This document shows, in pieces, positions 55,867-64,000 of a DNA stretch of 64,000 bases. Origin of the DNA: Prorocentrum cordatum (Eukaryota); contig CAUYUJ010000050.1 of the NCBI GenBank assembly GCA_963575745.1, forward strand, positions 1-64,000. Reading direction: 5' to 3'. The notes beneath the pieces were generated by a model. It was not told the DNA's origin and ran no database searches. It saw only the letters and a list, made by a program, of their open reading frames with translations. Both the position numbers and the translations under genes were made by a program. The stretch's first letter is position 1; each line of letters starts with the position of its first letter.

Positions 55867-57906
55867 CGATGATGGTGATGGTGGTGCTGCTGCTGAAGAT
55901 GATGACGGGGAGGAGGATGACGACGACGAGGAGGAGAAGGAGGAGGAGGAGGAGAAGGAGGACGAGGATAGTGCTGGACAGGGAGGGGATGAGGAGGAGG
56001 AGGAGGAGGAGGAGGAGGAGGAGGAGGAGAAGGAGGAGGAGGAGGAGGAGGAGAAGAAGGAGGAGGAGGAGGAGGAGGGGGAGGGGGAAGATAACTGGCT
56101 GGGCGAAGGAGAAGCAGGAGGAGGCGAGGGAGGGGGACGGACGAAGCAAGGAAGGCAGGAAGAGAGAGGGAGCAGGACCGGGAGGATAGCCCTTCTTCTC
56201 TTGCCTGTCCGATTCTGTAATGTCCGCCATTCCGTTGACACAGTCCTTCCCCTCCTTCTGGCGGCCCAGAGCGACGGCTGCGCGCTGCTCGTGCGCAAGT
56301 CGAAGTTTGAGCTGGTGTCGCGCGAGGACATCGAGTCCTACTCCGAAGCAGGCGAGAGGGGAGGATCGGCATGACAGACTGCGGTTGGCTGAGATCGAGG
56401 AGGCGCAAGCATGGACTACGGCGCGTGCATCCAGCGGCGGCCACGAGACAAACGGGTAGAACGCGAACGGGTCTTCAGAGGTTCTTCGGCCGCGCTGGGG
56501 CTCTCGGTGGGGCCCCGCCCTGGGCCCCCCCATGGGACCGCCAGGCAGCGACTCGGGATGAAGAGCTGGTCCCGTGGAAGGCCCCCCAGGGGTCCAGGCC
56601 CCATGGGACCGTCAGGCAGCGAGTCGGGATGAGGATCGGGGGCGGCAAAGAGGGGTGTGATGACGAGGTGGGGGGGACATCATGGCAGGGGCCACGATAT
56701 CTCCCCAGATGTTTCGTGGCGCCTCTGCTCATGCCATGACGTCCCCGCCCCACCCCTGGGCCGCGCACGTGCCGCTGGCCATGATTTGCGCCCCCCCCTC
56801 CTGGACGCCCCCGCTCTTGGCCGCCCCCGAGAGGAGCTGGTCCCGGGGAAGGCCCCTCGGGGGTCCGGGACCCGTTTCTCTCGGGACCCATTCCATCTCT
56901 TTTATATGGAAAGTCGGGGAGGTTGGGCCGACCGAGTGCCAGCAGGATCCCAGAGGGCCACGGCCACGGGCGGGAGGAGCATGAAACGGATGATGAGGAG
57001 GGGAGAAGCAGGGGGAGGAGGAGGAGGAGGAGGAGGAGGAGGAGGAGGAGGAGGAGGAGGAGGAGGAGGAGGAGCAGGAGGAGGAGGAGGAGGAGGAGGA
57101 GGAGGAAGGCGGGATCAAAAAGGCGGATGCGGGTAGGGAGGGATGGGGTATGGGAGAGTAGTGGAGAGGAGGGGAGGCGAGGAGAGAGGAGCGGAGAAGA
57201 GAGGAGGGGAGAGCGGATCTGGAATGAGGGACGGAAGGGGAATGAAGGGAGGGAGCTAGGGGAATGTAGGTAGTGATGGAGATAGGGATGAAGGAATCAG
57301 GGATGGAAAGAAAATGAGAGTAAGGGAGAAGGAGAGAGACGGAGTGGCATGGACATGTGTATCTGTATACATATACATACATACATCGCGGGCAGATGGA
57401 GAGAGGAAAATACGGACAGGAAGAGTCGCAGGGAGCCTGATCATCAGGGAAAAGGAAAGGGAGAAGACATAGCGAATCTATGCTTGTATGGTTATATAGA
57501 TGACTTGCTGCATGCACGTGATAAGAGGTAATGTGTACAAGTGGGAATGGACGATATTATAGGCTACGAGGAGGGACGATGATATTACACATAAATGTAG
57601 GGAGATAGTGTTACCGTGAGAGAGGGGGGGAGGGAGGGGGAGATGGATAAGAGACAGAGAGAGGGAGAGAGAAAGAGCGAGAGAGAGAGAGAGCGAGAGA
57701 CAAACATATGAGAGGGAGGGCGAGGGAGGGGAGATAATTATGAGGAGACTGATAGCACGATGAGGATAACGCGGGAGGAGAAGGAGGCGCGCGCAATGCT
57801 CTCGGCCGCGGCAGTCGCCACCAACCCGCGCACCAAGCCCGTCCTGGAGCAGCTGCGGAAGGCGATGCCGCAGCTGGAGGAGGAAGTGCTGCCGCACCTG
57901 AAGACG
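7434..57906 (+). CDS. PDE12: PDE12/CCR4/nocturnin-family EEP nuclease (deadenylase/2',5'-phosphodiesterase-like), partial multi-exon gene; exons ~7434-7470, ~9613-9656, 16950-16977, 36829-36855, 38185-38232 (or -38265), 56270-~56326, ~57787-57906
   Basis: Exons in order read YTRTESSQKALY / PYCAPEHMCFEYR / R-HLLMREILE / VDADLLCLQ / ECPVHFFRHGLSPLLE(AGYRGRVAPGQ) / SDGCALLVRKSKFELVSRE / ARAMLSAAAVATNPRTKPVLEQLRKAMPQLEEEVLPHLK. This is collinear with the PDE12 segment as recalled from memory (YAQTEFSRTVLYPYCAPYALELDYRQNLIQKELTGYNADVICLQE...EGLATFYRKSKF). Three junctions are phase-compatible with AG|G acceptors and GT/GC donors. Confidence 0.8.
9613..9656 (+). CDS. PDE12-like exon (PYCAPEHMCFEYR); 5' boundary uncertain (in-frame AG|G at 9561/9562)
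   Basis: PYCAP...xYR motif; phase-2 GT donor at 9657. Confidence 0.75.
9769..9790 (+). other. Relic dinoflagellate spliced leader
   Basis: TCCGTAGCCATCCTGGCTCAGG, 19/22 match to DinoSL. Confidence 0.8.
9836..11100 (+). pseudogene. SL-headed retrocopy/retroelement 5' ORF, unknown protein (EYVRRQDEFWKSRCESIGQIFGYPELVDRLLAVAPVLALQLGKSQELKRNVAIHA...)
   Basis: Follows relic SL; long open complex frame interrupted by a GGA tract; ends in a CCT tract. Confidence 0.5.
11490..11678. mobile_element. MITE with TIR SAGTATCGTTTAACCGATCCCCATCCCC (copies 18024-18209, 22188-22378)
   Basis: ~28-bp inverted termini; three similar copies. Confidence 0.85.
12690..12885. mobile_element. Foldback MITE with ~60-bp TIR GGGGAACAAGAAGTGGC... 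(copy 18215-18405 flanked by TTA/TAA; PIF/Harbinger-like)
   Basis: Long inverted arms; GGG termini and TWA flanks at 18212-18214/18406-18408. Confidence 0.8.
15116..16385 (-). mobile_element. 5'-truncated CRE-like (R2-group) non-LTR retrotransposon: post-RT region, CCHC knuckle and restriction-like endonuclease; two frameshifts (~16155, ~15903)
   Basis: Joined frames give VLLRTFAQGAVTHHLRA, ATLRLVDGGCAL..APAAYAASW, CNDPLDARGWHACSCPVGG..RHD, KLDV..VYVDWSV, EKRERY, PLVFESGG, LQTGNAEML-stop: motifs typical of RLE-bearing CRE elements; ACC-rich 3' tail to ~14735. Confidence 0.85.
16950..16977 (+). CDS. PDE12-like 28-nt micro-exon (R/HLLMREILE)
   Basis: aag|G acceptor, GAG|gc donor; phase 2 in and phase 0 out, exactly bridging the neighbouring exons. 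Confidence 0.8.
19051..19200 (+). CDS. Probable first coding exon of WSRELN-repeat protein gene (MAWSREQNAKGAELL...GAGWSRELNAKG); 3' boundary uncertain
   Basis: GCAGCCATGG start context, upstream cag|g at 19036; two WSRE(Q/L)N repeats. Confidence 0.55.
19413..19672. mobile_element. MITE with TIR CCCTGACTCCGGATCCGCCCTACTTTG and internal AGTAGGGCGGAAAT repeats (copies 22745-22921, ~44625-44886)
   Basis: Inverted termini and shared internal motif. Confidence 0.75.
19963..20245. mobile_element. MITE with TA flanks, TIR CACAGCCGTGAC..., internal 19-bp perfect inverted repeat
   Basis: TA|CACAGCCGTGACAAAAGTT ... AACTTTCGTCACGGCGATG|TA; cggagtagtttccgatccc / gggatcggaaactactccg. Confidence 0.7.
21500..21634 (+). 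CDS. Internal exon of WSRELN-repeat gene (…GAGWSRGLNAEGVDVLAEGRLMQHYDE); 5' boundary uncertain
   Basis: Repeat motif; ends GAG|gc and splices in frame to 23459, rebuilding one repeat unit. Confidence 0.65.
23035..23274. mobile_element. MITE with ~29-bp TIR GGGCCCTGGAAAYGRCAGGGCCGTTTTTT (opposite-strand copy 37149-37384)
   Basis: Inverted termini; ccgtttt-rich interior. Confidence 0.8.
23459..24673 (+). CDS. Terminal exon of tandem-repeat protein (31-aa WSRELNARAAEVASPVMQHYDAITRSPPGAT units); function unknown
   Basis: Polypyrimidine tttttttctgtgcag|G acceptor; 404-codon open frame; four near-identical 93-bp units (23486-23857) plus ~7 protein-level diverged units; TGA stop. Confidence 0.85.
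   Translation, partial: ATMVPPGVAWSRELNARAAEVASPVMQHYDAITRSPPGATWSRDLNARAAEVASPVMQHYDAITRSPPGATWSRDLNARAAEVASPVMQHYDAITRSPPGATWSRDLNARAAEVASPVMQHYDAITRSPPGATWSRDLNARALETMLAKTMQGHSNEVATPPPGSVWSRELNAKGAEARSTSSRGGWDGAWSRELNRKGMEMEKDQAGSTIMRKHHDAITAVPAGTAWSRELNRKAMSIEAANSMDATTAVPAGSCWSKDLDSSAMEAQLEKHCDAITAAQTVTWSKELNQKAADSEAAWSIQKHYDAITEAAARGAWSRELNLQAVEAWDNQKLCEARPIRPQTTPELKPHGRERQFSDASTAAPMSRQGTERALSWAEDDLDDDDWCHEEPRALERCARIPE
26569..26746 (+). mobile_element. Tc1/mariner-type MITE, CAGTCGGGGCG family (copy 36930-37105)
   Basis: TA|C(A/C)GTCGGGGC ... GCCCCGACTG|TA, TA duplication in both copies. Confidence 0.8.
27963..28127 (+). mobile_element. MITE-like repeat with imperfect AAAAGGTACC arms (copies ~6104-6255 reverse, ~17011-17332, partial ~21660-21750)
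   Basis: Shared core gctggattcgcctcgaaatcctgg. Confidence 0.7.
29938..30110. mobile_element. MITE with ~38-bp TIR ACCACCCACCAAACCACCCCAACCCAACCCGAAG (copy 30962-31136)
   Basis: Inverted arms; two highly similar copies 1 kb apart. Confidence 0.85.
32410..35098 (+). mobile_element. 5'-truncated non-LTR retrotransposon ORF: reverse transcriptase plus C-terminal C2H2 zinc fingers; one frameshift at ~33756-33761
   Basis: RT motifs KPSGEPRLL, AHGYSKGKRRE, FYDLTNAF (33351), QGALPGCTISS, YADD (33699-33710), then in -1 frame ANDGK, RYLGPHL, CTI..CGRSF..LRAH, CPLC..H, CDLC..HAWMAH; no endonuclease domain visible. Confidence 0.9.
35384..36075 (+). CDS. Unknown ~230-aa protein downstream of the RT ORF (frameshift ~35731; no stop seen before the CCT tract)
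   Basis: GCCATGG start; MEQWRQ..AKLSLNNAQDVARI..GSPDVHSF.. joined to KNIETFM..GRCVCQQAF..GAVRKLGRAPRGSLERRAQQLL; strong GC3 codon bias. Confidence 0.7.
36829..36855 (+). CDS. PDE12-like 27-nt micro-exon (VDADLLCLQ)
   Basis: cag|G acceptor, CAG|gc donor; EEP DxxCLQ(E) motif. Confidence 0.85.
37113..37451. mobile_element. MITE with TIR AGGGRGCCAGATGCGAACCCTACCCC, containing nested MITE 37149-37384
   Basis: ~30-bp inverted termini at 37113 and 37451. Confidence 0.75.
38185..38265 (+). CDS. PDE12-like exon (ECPVHFFRHGLSPLLE[AGYRGRVAPGQ]); donor at 38233 or 38266
   Basis: tgcag|G acceptor supplies the metal-binding E of the LQE motif; GYxG motif. Confidence 0.75.
41060..41405. repeat. ~72-bp tandem repeat (~4.5 copies)
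   Basis: gagccaactgtaggccacttcgtg at 41121, 41193, 41266, 41338. Confidence 0.9.
41407..43012. repeat. 1.6-kb GCTGAG/GCAG minisatellite
   Basis: Direct reading. Confidence 0.95.
45550..46438 (+). mobile_element. Non-autonomous piggyBac-like element with ~77-bp internal tandem repeats (inverted copy ~52872-53766)
   Basis: CCCTCCC..CTCC / GGAGG..GGGAGGG ends; second copy ends AGGG|TTAA at 53766; repeats cgaatgtgcgcggcgctawggcgagagccacatttt. Confidence 0.6.
46555..46805. repeat. 12-bp CTCACTATCGAT and 11-bp GGGACACCGAC minisatellites
   Basis: Direct reading. Confidence 0.9.
49445..50841. mobile_element. Non-autonomous TIR element with inverted subterminal repeats and central GGGACAGT minisatellite
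   Basis: gtcactaccggttcgaaccc (left) versus several ggttcgaaccggtagtgac (right); cgccggcaaacga / tcgtttgccggcg. Confidence 0.7.
50865..52300. repeat. Degenerate (GAT)n tract
   Basis: Direct reading. Confidence 0.95.
52872..53766 (-). mobile_element. Second copy of piggyBac-like non-autonomous element
   Basis: Reverse-complement similarity to 45550-46438; TTAA at 53767-53770. Confidence 0.6.
54320..55910. repeat. Degenerate (GAT)n tract
   Basis: Direct reading. Confidence 0.95.
56270..56326 (+). CDS. PDE12-like exon (SDGCALLVRKSKFELVSRE); 3' boundary uncertain
   Basis: CCR4-family DGCAxxxRxxxF motif; pyrimidine tract and AG at 56268-56269. Confidence 0.8.
57787..57906 (+). CDS. Probable PDE12-like exon (ARAMLSAAAVATNPRTKPVLEQLRKAMPQLEEEVLPHLK); boundaries uncertain
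   Basis: Coding-like GC3-rich island after a purine tract; resembles the helical segment after RKSKF in PDE12. Confidence 0.55.
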
Positions 57907-59589
57907 TGCCCTGGGGCATTGGAAGTTACCACCTCTCCATCCTCCAGCTAGCAGGGCGATTTCTATCCACTGGCGACGGCGGGCGCGACCAGAGGGGGGG
58001 GAGAAGGGGGAGGGGGCCGGCCACGTCGCGATCCGCGCCGGCGCCGCCTGGGGATGCTGAGACGTGGCGCATTCTCAGACAGCGCCGTCGCGAATCATGG
58101 CGTGGCCGGGGGGCGGGGCCGGTCGCGTGCGTTATCAGGGGGCGGGAGCGGCCCCGAAGCTGTGGTGCCTGGCCAGTGAAGAAGAGGAGGGGAGGGAGCG
58201 GGAGCTAACTGTGTCTCAGTCCACGGTAGGGCCCGAGGTTGCGCGCAGGCAGCTCCGCGAGGTAGGCCTGGCTGGCCTCGGCAGGCTCCGCCGAGCAGTG
58301 CGGGGCGGTCCTCTCAGCTTCCCGGTGCCGCCCCTGGCGGCGCCCCAGGGGGCGCTCCGCGCCCCGGGGTTGGGATGTGGAGACCGCCCCGCTCGGGGGA
58401 CCTAATCGTAAGTCGGGCCTTTCCCCCGACAGGAGGAATATCCAACAATAGTTTCGAAAATCGTATTGGGACGATGTCGTTGTATAAAGAGATTGTGATA
58501 CTGTGAGCATTTTGAGCATTTCCTAGCTTTCGCCCAAAATCCGCCTGTAGGGGGACATGGCCTAAACTTATTGAGGCCAGTTGGGATTACGTACCCGGGG
58601 GGCTGTCTGTGGGCAGCCCGGGGCTTTACCTCAGTCCACACGCGCATTCGCACAAGTAGAGCTATGGTCCAGCTGTGGTTGCAGTTGCACGGTTCGTTAC
58701 TTGCGCGTTCAGGTTGCCGCGAAGCTGGGACGGCAAAGCGCAGCGGTTGTTGCTTTTTCGGTTTCCTTTGTTGCGACAGTTGCCATTGCTAGTGTATGCC
58801 TTTTGCTACTGGCCACTGACGTGCAAGATGGGAAGCGCAACGGCAGTGTCGGCGGTGTGGCAGTTTCTTTCGACACGTACTTGGAGAAAGGAGCTACTGA
58901 GAAACCCTCGCAACACGGGTTTCCCGCAGATGTAGATGGCGCGTGCCATGTTCTAGTTGTTGGCCGATGATGAATCTGGAAGCTCCGTCTGCATTTTCGC
59001 CTGACGTGCCTTGGCAAGTCGCAGTGGAGCTGGCTCAGCGTCTGCACTCTTGCCAATTACAGCGCGGTGCTCCTTCATTGGCCGTGCGCAGGCACCTCGA
59101 CTGCCGGCTCGCGGGCTGGTCTAGGAGCGCTGGGCCAAATTATCCAGACACGTCTGCAGAGAACCTTGCCGATTGTCGAGGCTGATTGGCAGGTCGACCC
59201 TGCCAGATCAATGGTGCCCTTGTGTCGTGTGCTTCGCGCCCCATGCTGCCACTTTTGCTGATGATGGGCAGTGGCAGGCTCTCCTGCCTCTCCCCCGCCG
59301 CCGCTCTGGCTCCTGCAGGGGCCTCTGACCGCGTCGGGAGGGGGCCCCTGTGGCCTTGCGCGCGCTTGCGAGGGAAAAGGACCTCGACTCCAACAACAGT
59401 CGGAGGGCAAGGCGGCCCTCGGAAGAGTCTTGTGTCCCCTCGCGTGTCGTCTCCAATCCACCCCAGCTGTGCCCCCCTGGCCCGCGCCCGGCGGCGTGCG
59501 GGGCAGCGCGGACGCCGCCTGCAAAACGCCGCGCCGCTCGTCCAGGGACGGCCTCCAGGGTGATCGTGTTTTGTTCTCCATTGTCTTGC

Positions 59590-59890
59590 CAATCGGCGCG
59601 GGCCCCCTTCCCCCTCCCCCCCCCCTGGAGTAGATCTTGGCCGCTTTTTGGGAGCCTAGTTCGAGCGGGTGGAGTCTCCCCCACGATGGACGCCCTGTTC
59701 CAAGCAGCCGCACGAAGCAGAGGTCCAGAGCCAGACCCCCCCCCTTGCCCCCCCTTCCGCCCAATGTCGACGCGCCGAATAAGCAAGCGCTCACCAGGCC
59801 GACGACGGGCGGGCCCAGGCTGAGGATACGTTCCTCCAGAGCTTCCGGAACGCTCTCGAGGCGCTCCGCGGGATTCTGTCGCGGCTGCGG
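59590..59890 (+). repeat. Dispersed repeat (second copy ~63300-63620)
   Basis: Shared ggagtagatcttgg...gatggacgc...gcagaggtcc.gagccaga. Confidence 0.7.
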
Positions 59891-60464
59891 CACCCGACAC
59901 CTCCTTCAGAGCCGGCGGCTCTCGGCTATCCTCGCGCCATCTCAGCCCGGTTTGGGCCCGGCCCTGGCCTCGTCTGGGCCGCGCCACCCGCCCTGGGACG
60001 GCCTCCTGGCCGACGGAGCGTTTCTTGCGCTCGTGCGCTCGTGGCTACTCTATAGCTCAGCCCACTTTGAGCCCCAAGCGGCCTCAGAGGCTCCGACTGC
60101 TTCCCCAGGGGCAGTTTCTCGTCCCGGATCCGTGTGTTCATGGCCGTGGGTACCGGAAGCGGACCCTGGGGGCCGAGGTCGAGGACACACCTACGGCCGA
60201 AAGCAGAACATCGTCGGAGGTCCGGCCTGCTTTCGCTCGCTCGTTCGCGCGCAGCCGCCTTCTGGCTCAGCGCACTCTGATCTGCACCGCCCAAGCATAC
60301 CATTGCCGTGCATCCTGCACGCCAGGGCCGACCGCCGGGGCAGAGAGCACACCGGAAGACGCGCAGCCAAGACCACTCTTCAGCACCCTCCACAGAAGAG
60401 GAGTGAGCTGCCCACGTCCTCGTCCGTCTCCTCCTCCTCCTCCTCCTCCTCCTCCTCCTTCTCC

Positions 60465-60530
60465 TCCGTAACCATTTGGCTCAAGCCATTCTGGCTCAAA
60501 CCATTGTGGCTCAAGCCATTTTGGCTCAAG
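60465..60530 (+). other. Tandem of four relic spliced leaders
   Basis: TCCGTAACCATTTGGCTCAAG + CCATTCTGGCTCAAA + CCATTGTGGCTCAAG + CCATTTTGGCTCAAG. Confidence 0.95.
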
Positions 60531-60633
60531 CCGTGAGGCCAGGCTCGAGGGCCTTTTCCGGTACACTCACCCTTCTTGGCGGGAGCTTCATGACCCCGTC
60601 GAGTTTTGGCACTCGCCAAGCGTTCACTTCCTC

Positions 60634-62000
60634 GTGGCACGGACACGCTATCTCGCTTGCTGTGCTTGTGGCGTGGACAGTTGGACTTATACAACTAATA
60701 AAGCACAGTTTTGTAGCCTCTGTGGACTCGCATTCCCCGGCCGTGGGAAAGCCCCCCTCGCAGAGGTGGGAAGCAAGGAGGATGGAAGCAGGGAGGAGGA
60801 CGACAGCAGGATAATCAGTAGCAGCATCAGGGCGGACATCAAAATGGACATTGGAATGCCCATCGTCGTCAGCCTCCTGCCCCACGCGAGTATCCTGAGG
60901 AATGGCAGGGTCCCTAGTATGACAGGGAGAACGCGCATCACGAGGAGGAGGAGGAAGATGAAGGAGACGACGATCCTGCAGCAGGGGCCCCTGACGCAGA
61001 CGATCTACATCATTTGGAAACCCTTTTTCTGTACACTCGTTACGCCCAGACCCTCCACAACCTCTCTAATAAGGTCCCCGTAGCTAAGGAACTCCAGCAA
61101 GTTCGGCGTGGTATTGAAATTGCCAAGGCCCAGAGGGATAAAATTGTTATCTCCAGCCCCCTGTCAAAGTCAGATCGACGGTCACATCAGGTGGACGTCG
61201 ACAGAAGTTGAGCGCACTGGCGCAACGATCGACTCGATTTTACACGCAGGTCGAGGGGTTGTTGGTTCGACAAGATAAGCTGGCTGCTCGGAAGAATACC
61301 AAGCATTTTTTTTGGGTGGACGGCAAAGGGTGGAATCTGAAATGCAGTTTCGATTGATTTTCGAGGCTTGAATCTGCAAAAGGTGAATCACAAGACGGAT
61401 TGGTTTTCGAGGTGCAAGAGCCCATATGGATTTCACCTTGAGCCCTCCACCCCCAAGAAAATGCTCAGGAACGAGCTCCTCGACGCCCTGGACACTTGGC
61501 ACGCCAAGCGAGACGCCCTGGAGGCGTCCGGCCCAGGATGTGCAGGTGCTGACGACCCCATTTGCTGATGCTGTATCGGCTCTGGCAGCGGCCATTCCTC
61601 AGGATTTGCTTCGCATGCCCCATATCGGAGGTTGAAAGACCTCCTACCCTGACACGTCGATTGGCGAATTGGCCGTTTTCGGTTCGCGAGAGGCCGTCGC
61701 GGCCGTCATTCTTGCGGGTCCAGGTCCGTCGGTTTCGGTCCTAGGCCGTTTTCACTAAAGGGTTTTTTACTGAAGGGAGGTTTGTCCACCGCCGACCACG
61801 TCGTTGATGCAGTGGCAACTCTTCAGGGCACCACTTCGGTATCGGCGGCTACGGATGAGGATAAGACAGGATGGGCAGGAGTCGAGAGGAGGGACGGAGG
61901 ACTGGCACGACCAACGTGACGATGATGACATGGGCGACGGTTCGGAGGTGGACGACGACGACGACGACGACGACGACGGCCATGCCAGAGATTGGGATCG
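60634..62000 (+). pseudogene. Degenerate SL-headed retrocopy with N-terminal C4 zinc-finger-like motif, acidic and coiled-coil segments
   Basis: CCACGVDSWTYTTNKAQFCSLCG; EEEEEDEGDDD; KELQQVRRGIEIAKAQRDK; several frameshifts and stops. Confidence 0.5.
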
Positions 62001-62505
62001 GTGCCTCCTCCTAGTCCTCTTTGTCCTCCTCCTCCTCCTCCTCCTCCTCCTCCTCCTCCTCCCCCTTCTCTTCCTCCTCCTACTCCTCCTCCTCCTCCTC
62101 CTCCTCCTCCTTCTCCTCCTCCGCCTCCCCCTCCTTGCCTCCTCCTCCTCCAGCTCGTCCTCCTTGCCCCCACCCCCCCCTCTCCTCACATGAGTTTGCC
62201 TTCTCCTTCTATCCCCCCGTCTCCGTTTCCCCCGTTTGGTGATCCTCCCTTCCCTCCCTCCACGGAGAACGGCCCACATCTCCTGGGTTCCACTGCGTGG
62301 CCCCCCACCTCCCTGGTCAGGGGGACTCCTGGGCATCGCTGCTGGGTGGGCCCGGTGGGGCTGCGCGGGGCCCGATGGATCCGCCGGAGGCCGATGCCGC
62401 ACTCCCCGTGGAGGCAGAGCCCGGGGGGCCGCGAGCGTGCACACGCGGCCACTGCCCCGTGTGCAGGACCCGCCGCCGTGCCTGTACCCGTCGGTCGTTG
62501 AAATC

Positions 62506-62675
62506 GGGCGACGAAATCTATACATATCCACTGCTCCCTGGCCAGGCTTATCCTGAACCCAGGAGATGTGTATACGCCCTCCTGGCCAAGCCAGGAGGGT
62601 GTGGCGTATACACCGTTGCTGGGTCCAGGATGGGCCTGGCCAGGGAGCACTGGATATGTATAGACTTCGTCGCCC
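62506..62675. mobile_element. MITE with ~42-bp TIR
   Basis: gggcgacgaaatctatacatatccactgctccctggccaggc / gcctggccagggagcactggatatgtatagacttcgtcgccc. Confidence 0.8.
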
Positions 62676-64000
62676 CATGAAAGTAGGCATTTCTGGATTC
62701 CCAGATTCCAATCTGCTTTTGGCGCCTTCCTACTTCAAGGATCGACTGGCTTCGTGCTTCCCTCCTCCTCGGGGAGCGGGCGGAGGCCCGATCTGCCTCG
62801 AGTGCCTTCCTGCTTCACATGGTTCTGCCTGCTTCGTCCGACCGATGGGTACAGCAGTGGGATGCAATGGGGCGTTAGAATCATGATGCTCCAGCTTACT
62901 TTAGCCTAAGCCGCCAGAAAGAATCTCGAGCACCAAGAAGATGCCGTATCCGGAGGGTTTTCACGTGTGGGGCTCTGGGAGGCGAGACTCGCTCGACGCT
63001 GTTTCGATACGTCTCTAGGTGCTCGAAATTATTTCTGGGATTTGGTCCTTAAGTACGACGGGCGCAACATCATGTTCGAATGCCTGTGGAGTTTCCGATG
63101 GCGTTCTCGGGCGCCCCCCCCACGATGGTCCCTGAGCGCCCCGAAGCGCCCTGCCCGTGGGCGCCTCGAGGCACGCTCCCCCTGAGCCCCCAGGCCTGAG
63201 CGCGGCGGCGGACGTGTCAGAGGCAGACGCAAACGAAAACGGTGTAGTGATTGCCTTTGAGGGCCCCGCTGCACGTGGTCGTTCTTTATTCGTTGTTTTG
63301 CCGGTCGGCGCGGGCCCTCGCACCCCCCTTTCCTCCCCCCTCCCCATGGAGTAGATCTTGGCTGTCTTTTGGCGACCGTCTCGAGCAGGTGGAGCCTCCC
63401 CCATGATGGACGCAAAGTTGCAGACAGTCGCACTGAGCAGAGGTCCGGAGCCAGAACCCCCCCCCTGCCCCCCCCCCCTTCGCCAAATGTCCCAACGCCG
63501 TATGAGAAGGCGCTCACGTTGCCTCCGAGGGCCCAGCCGCGGAGGGTGGTCGCGGGACCTCTCGAAGAGGTCCCGCGACCACCCTCCGCAGCGATTTTGG
63601 CTCCAGGGCTCCGCAGCAATTCGGCTCAATGCCGATGGGCTTTGTAACCCACATGCTTCTACCATGTAGGATACCGCTTTGTGCTGGAGCTGTCGTGGCA
63701 CTTGCAAGCGGCACCGTTCTGTGCAGCACTCCTGGCGACACAACAAGTTATGCGTCATGGCTCCTGTGGGTCACAGCTAGTCTTCTGTCCTATTTCCTTG
63801 GTCGCTACGCTTCAATGATCACGGGCTTCAACGCCAGAGTGGTGCAGTTGTTCACCACAAGTTCGGTGACAGACAGCAGTGCTTGCGATGGTGGGCAGCA
63901 GTCCAACCCTGCAGCTACCACTCAGGACGGTTGTCGCCCGAGGAAGAAGGATCATGCCGTATCCGAGTATCCCATGGGACAGGAGCAACATCGAATTGCA

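Noticed and set aside
54590..56533. 647-aa and 481-aa ORFs in (GAT)n
   Set aside because: Degenerate microsatellite; only the 56270-56326 island is coding-like
58581..59270. Unique-looking sequence with several 60-130-aa ORFs
   Set aside because: No recognisable motif or consistent frame
60465..60530. SL RNA gene
   Set aside because: SL copies are not followed by a GT donor and SL intron; the truncated tandem pattern indicates mRNA-derived relics

Overview
Repeat-dense, GC-rich eukaryotic genomic DNA, almost certainly dinoflagellate. Three relic copies of the dinoflagellate spliced leader (DCCGTAGCCATTTTGGCTCAAG) are present, one as a 4x tandem, and introns use GC donors with AG|G acceptors. 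Nearly all long ORFs in the supplied track are artefacts of GGA/CCT, GAT, GTT and GCTGAG tracts. The real coding content is as follows. (1) A PDE12/CCR4-type EEP nuclease gene broken into at least 7 small exons (27-120 nt) over about 50 kb on the + strand. (2) A nested, intron-containing gene for a WSRELN/HYDA tandem-repeat protein inside one of its introns. (3) A 5'-truncated non-LTR retrotransposon (RT plus C2H2 fingers) followed by a separate downstream ORF with its own acceptor-like site. (4) The 3' half of a CRE-like non-LTR element with a restriction-like endonuclease on the - strand. (5) Three SL-headed degenerate retrocopies. (6) A dozen or more MITE/non-autonomous TIR families, some nested, plus mini- and microsatellites. 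Homology calls come from motif recognition only; no search was run.
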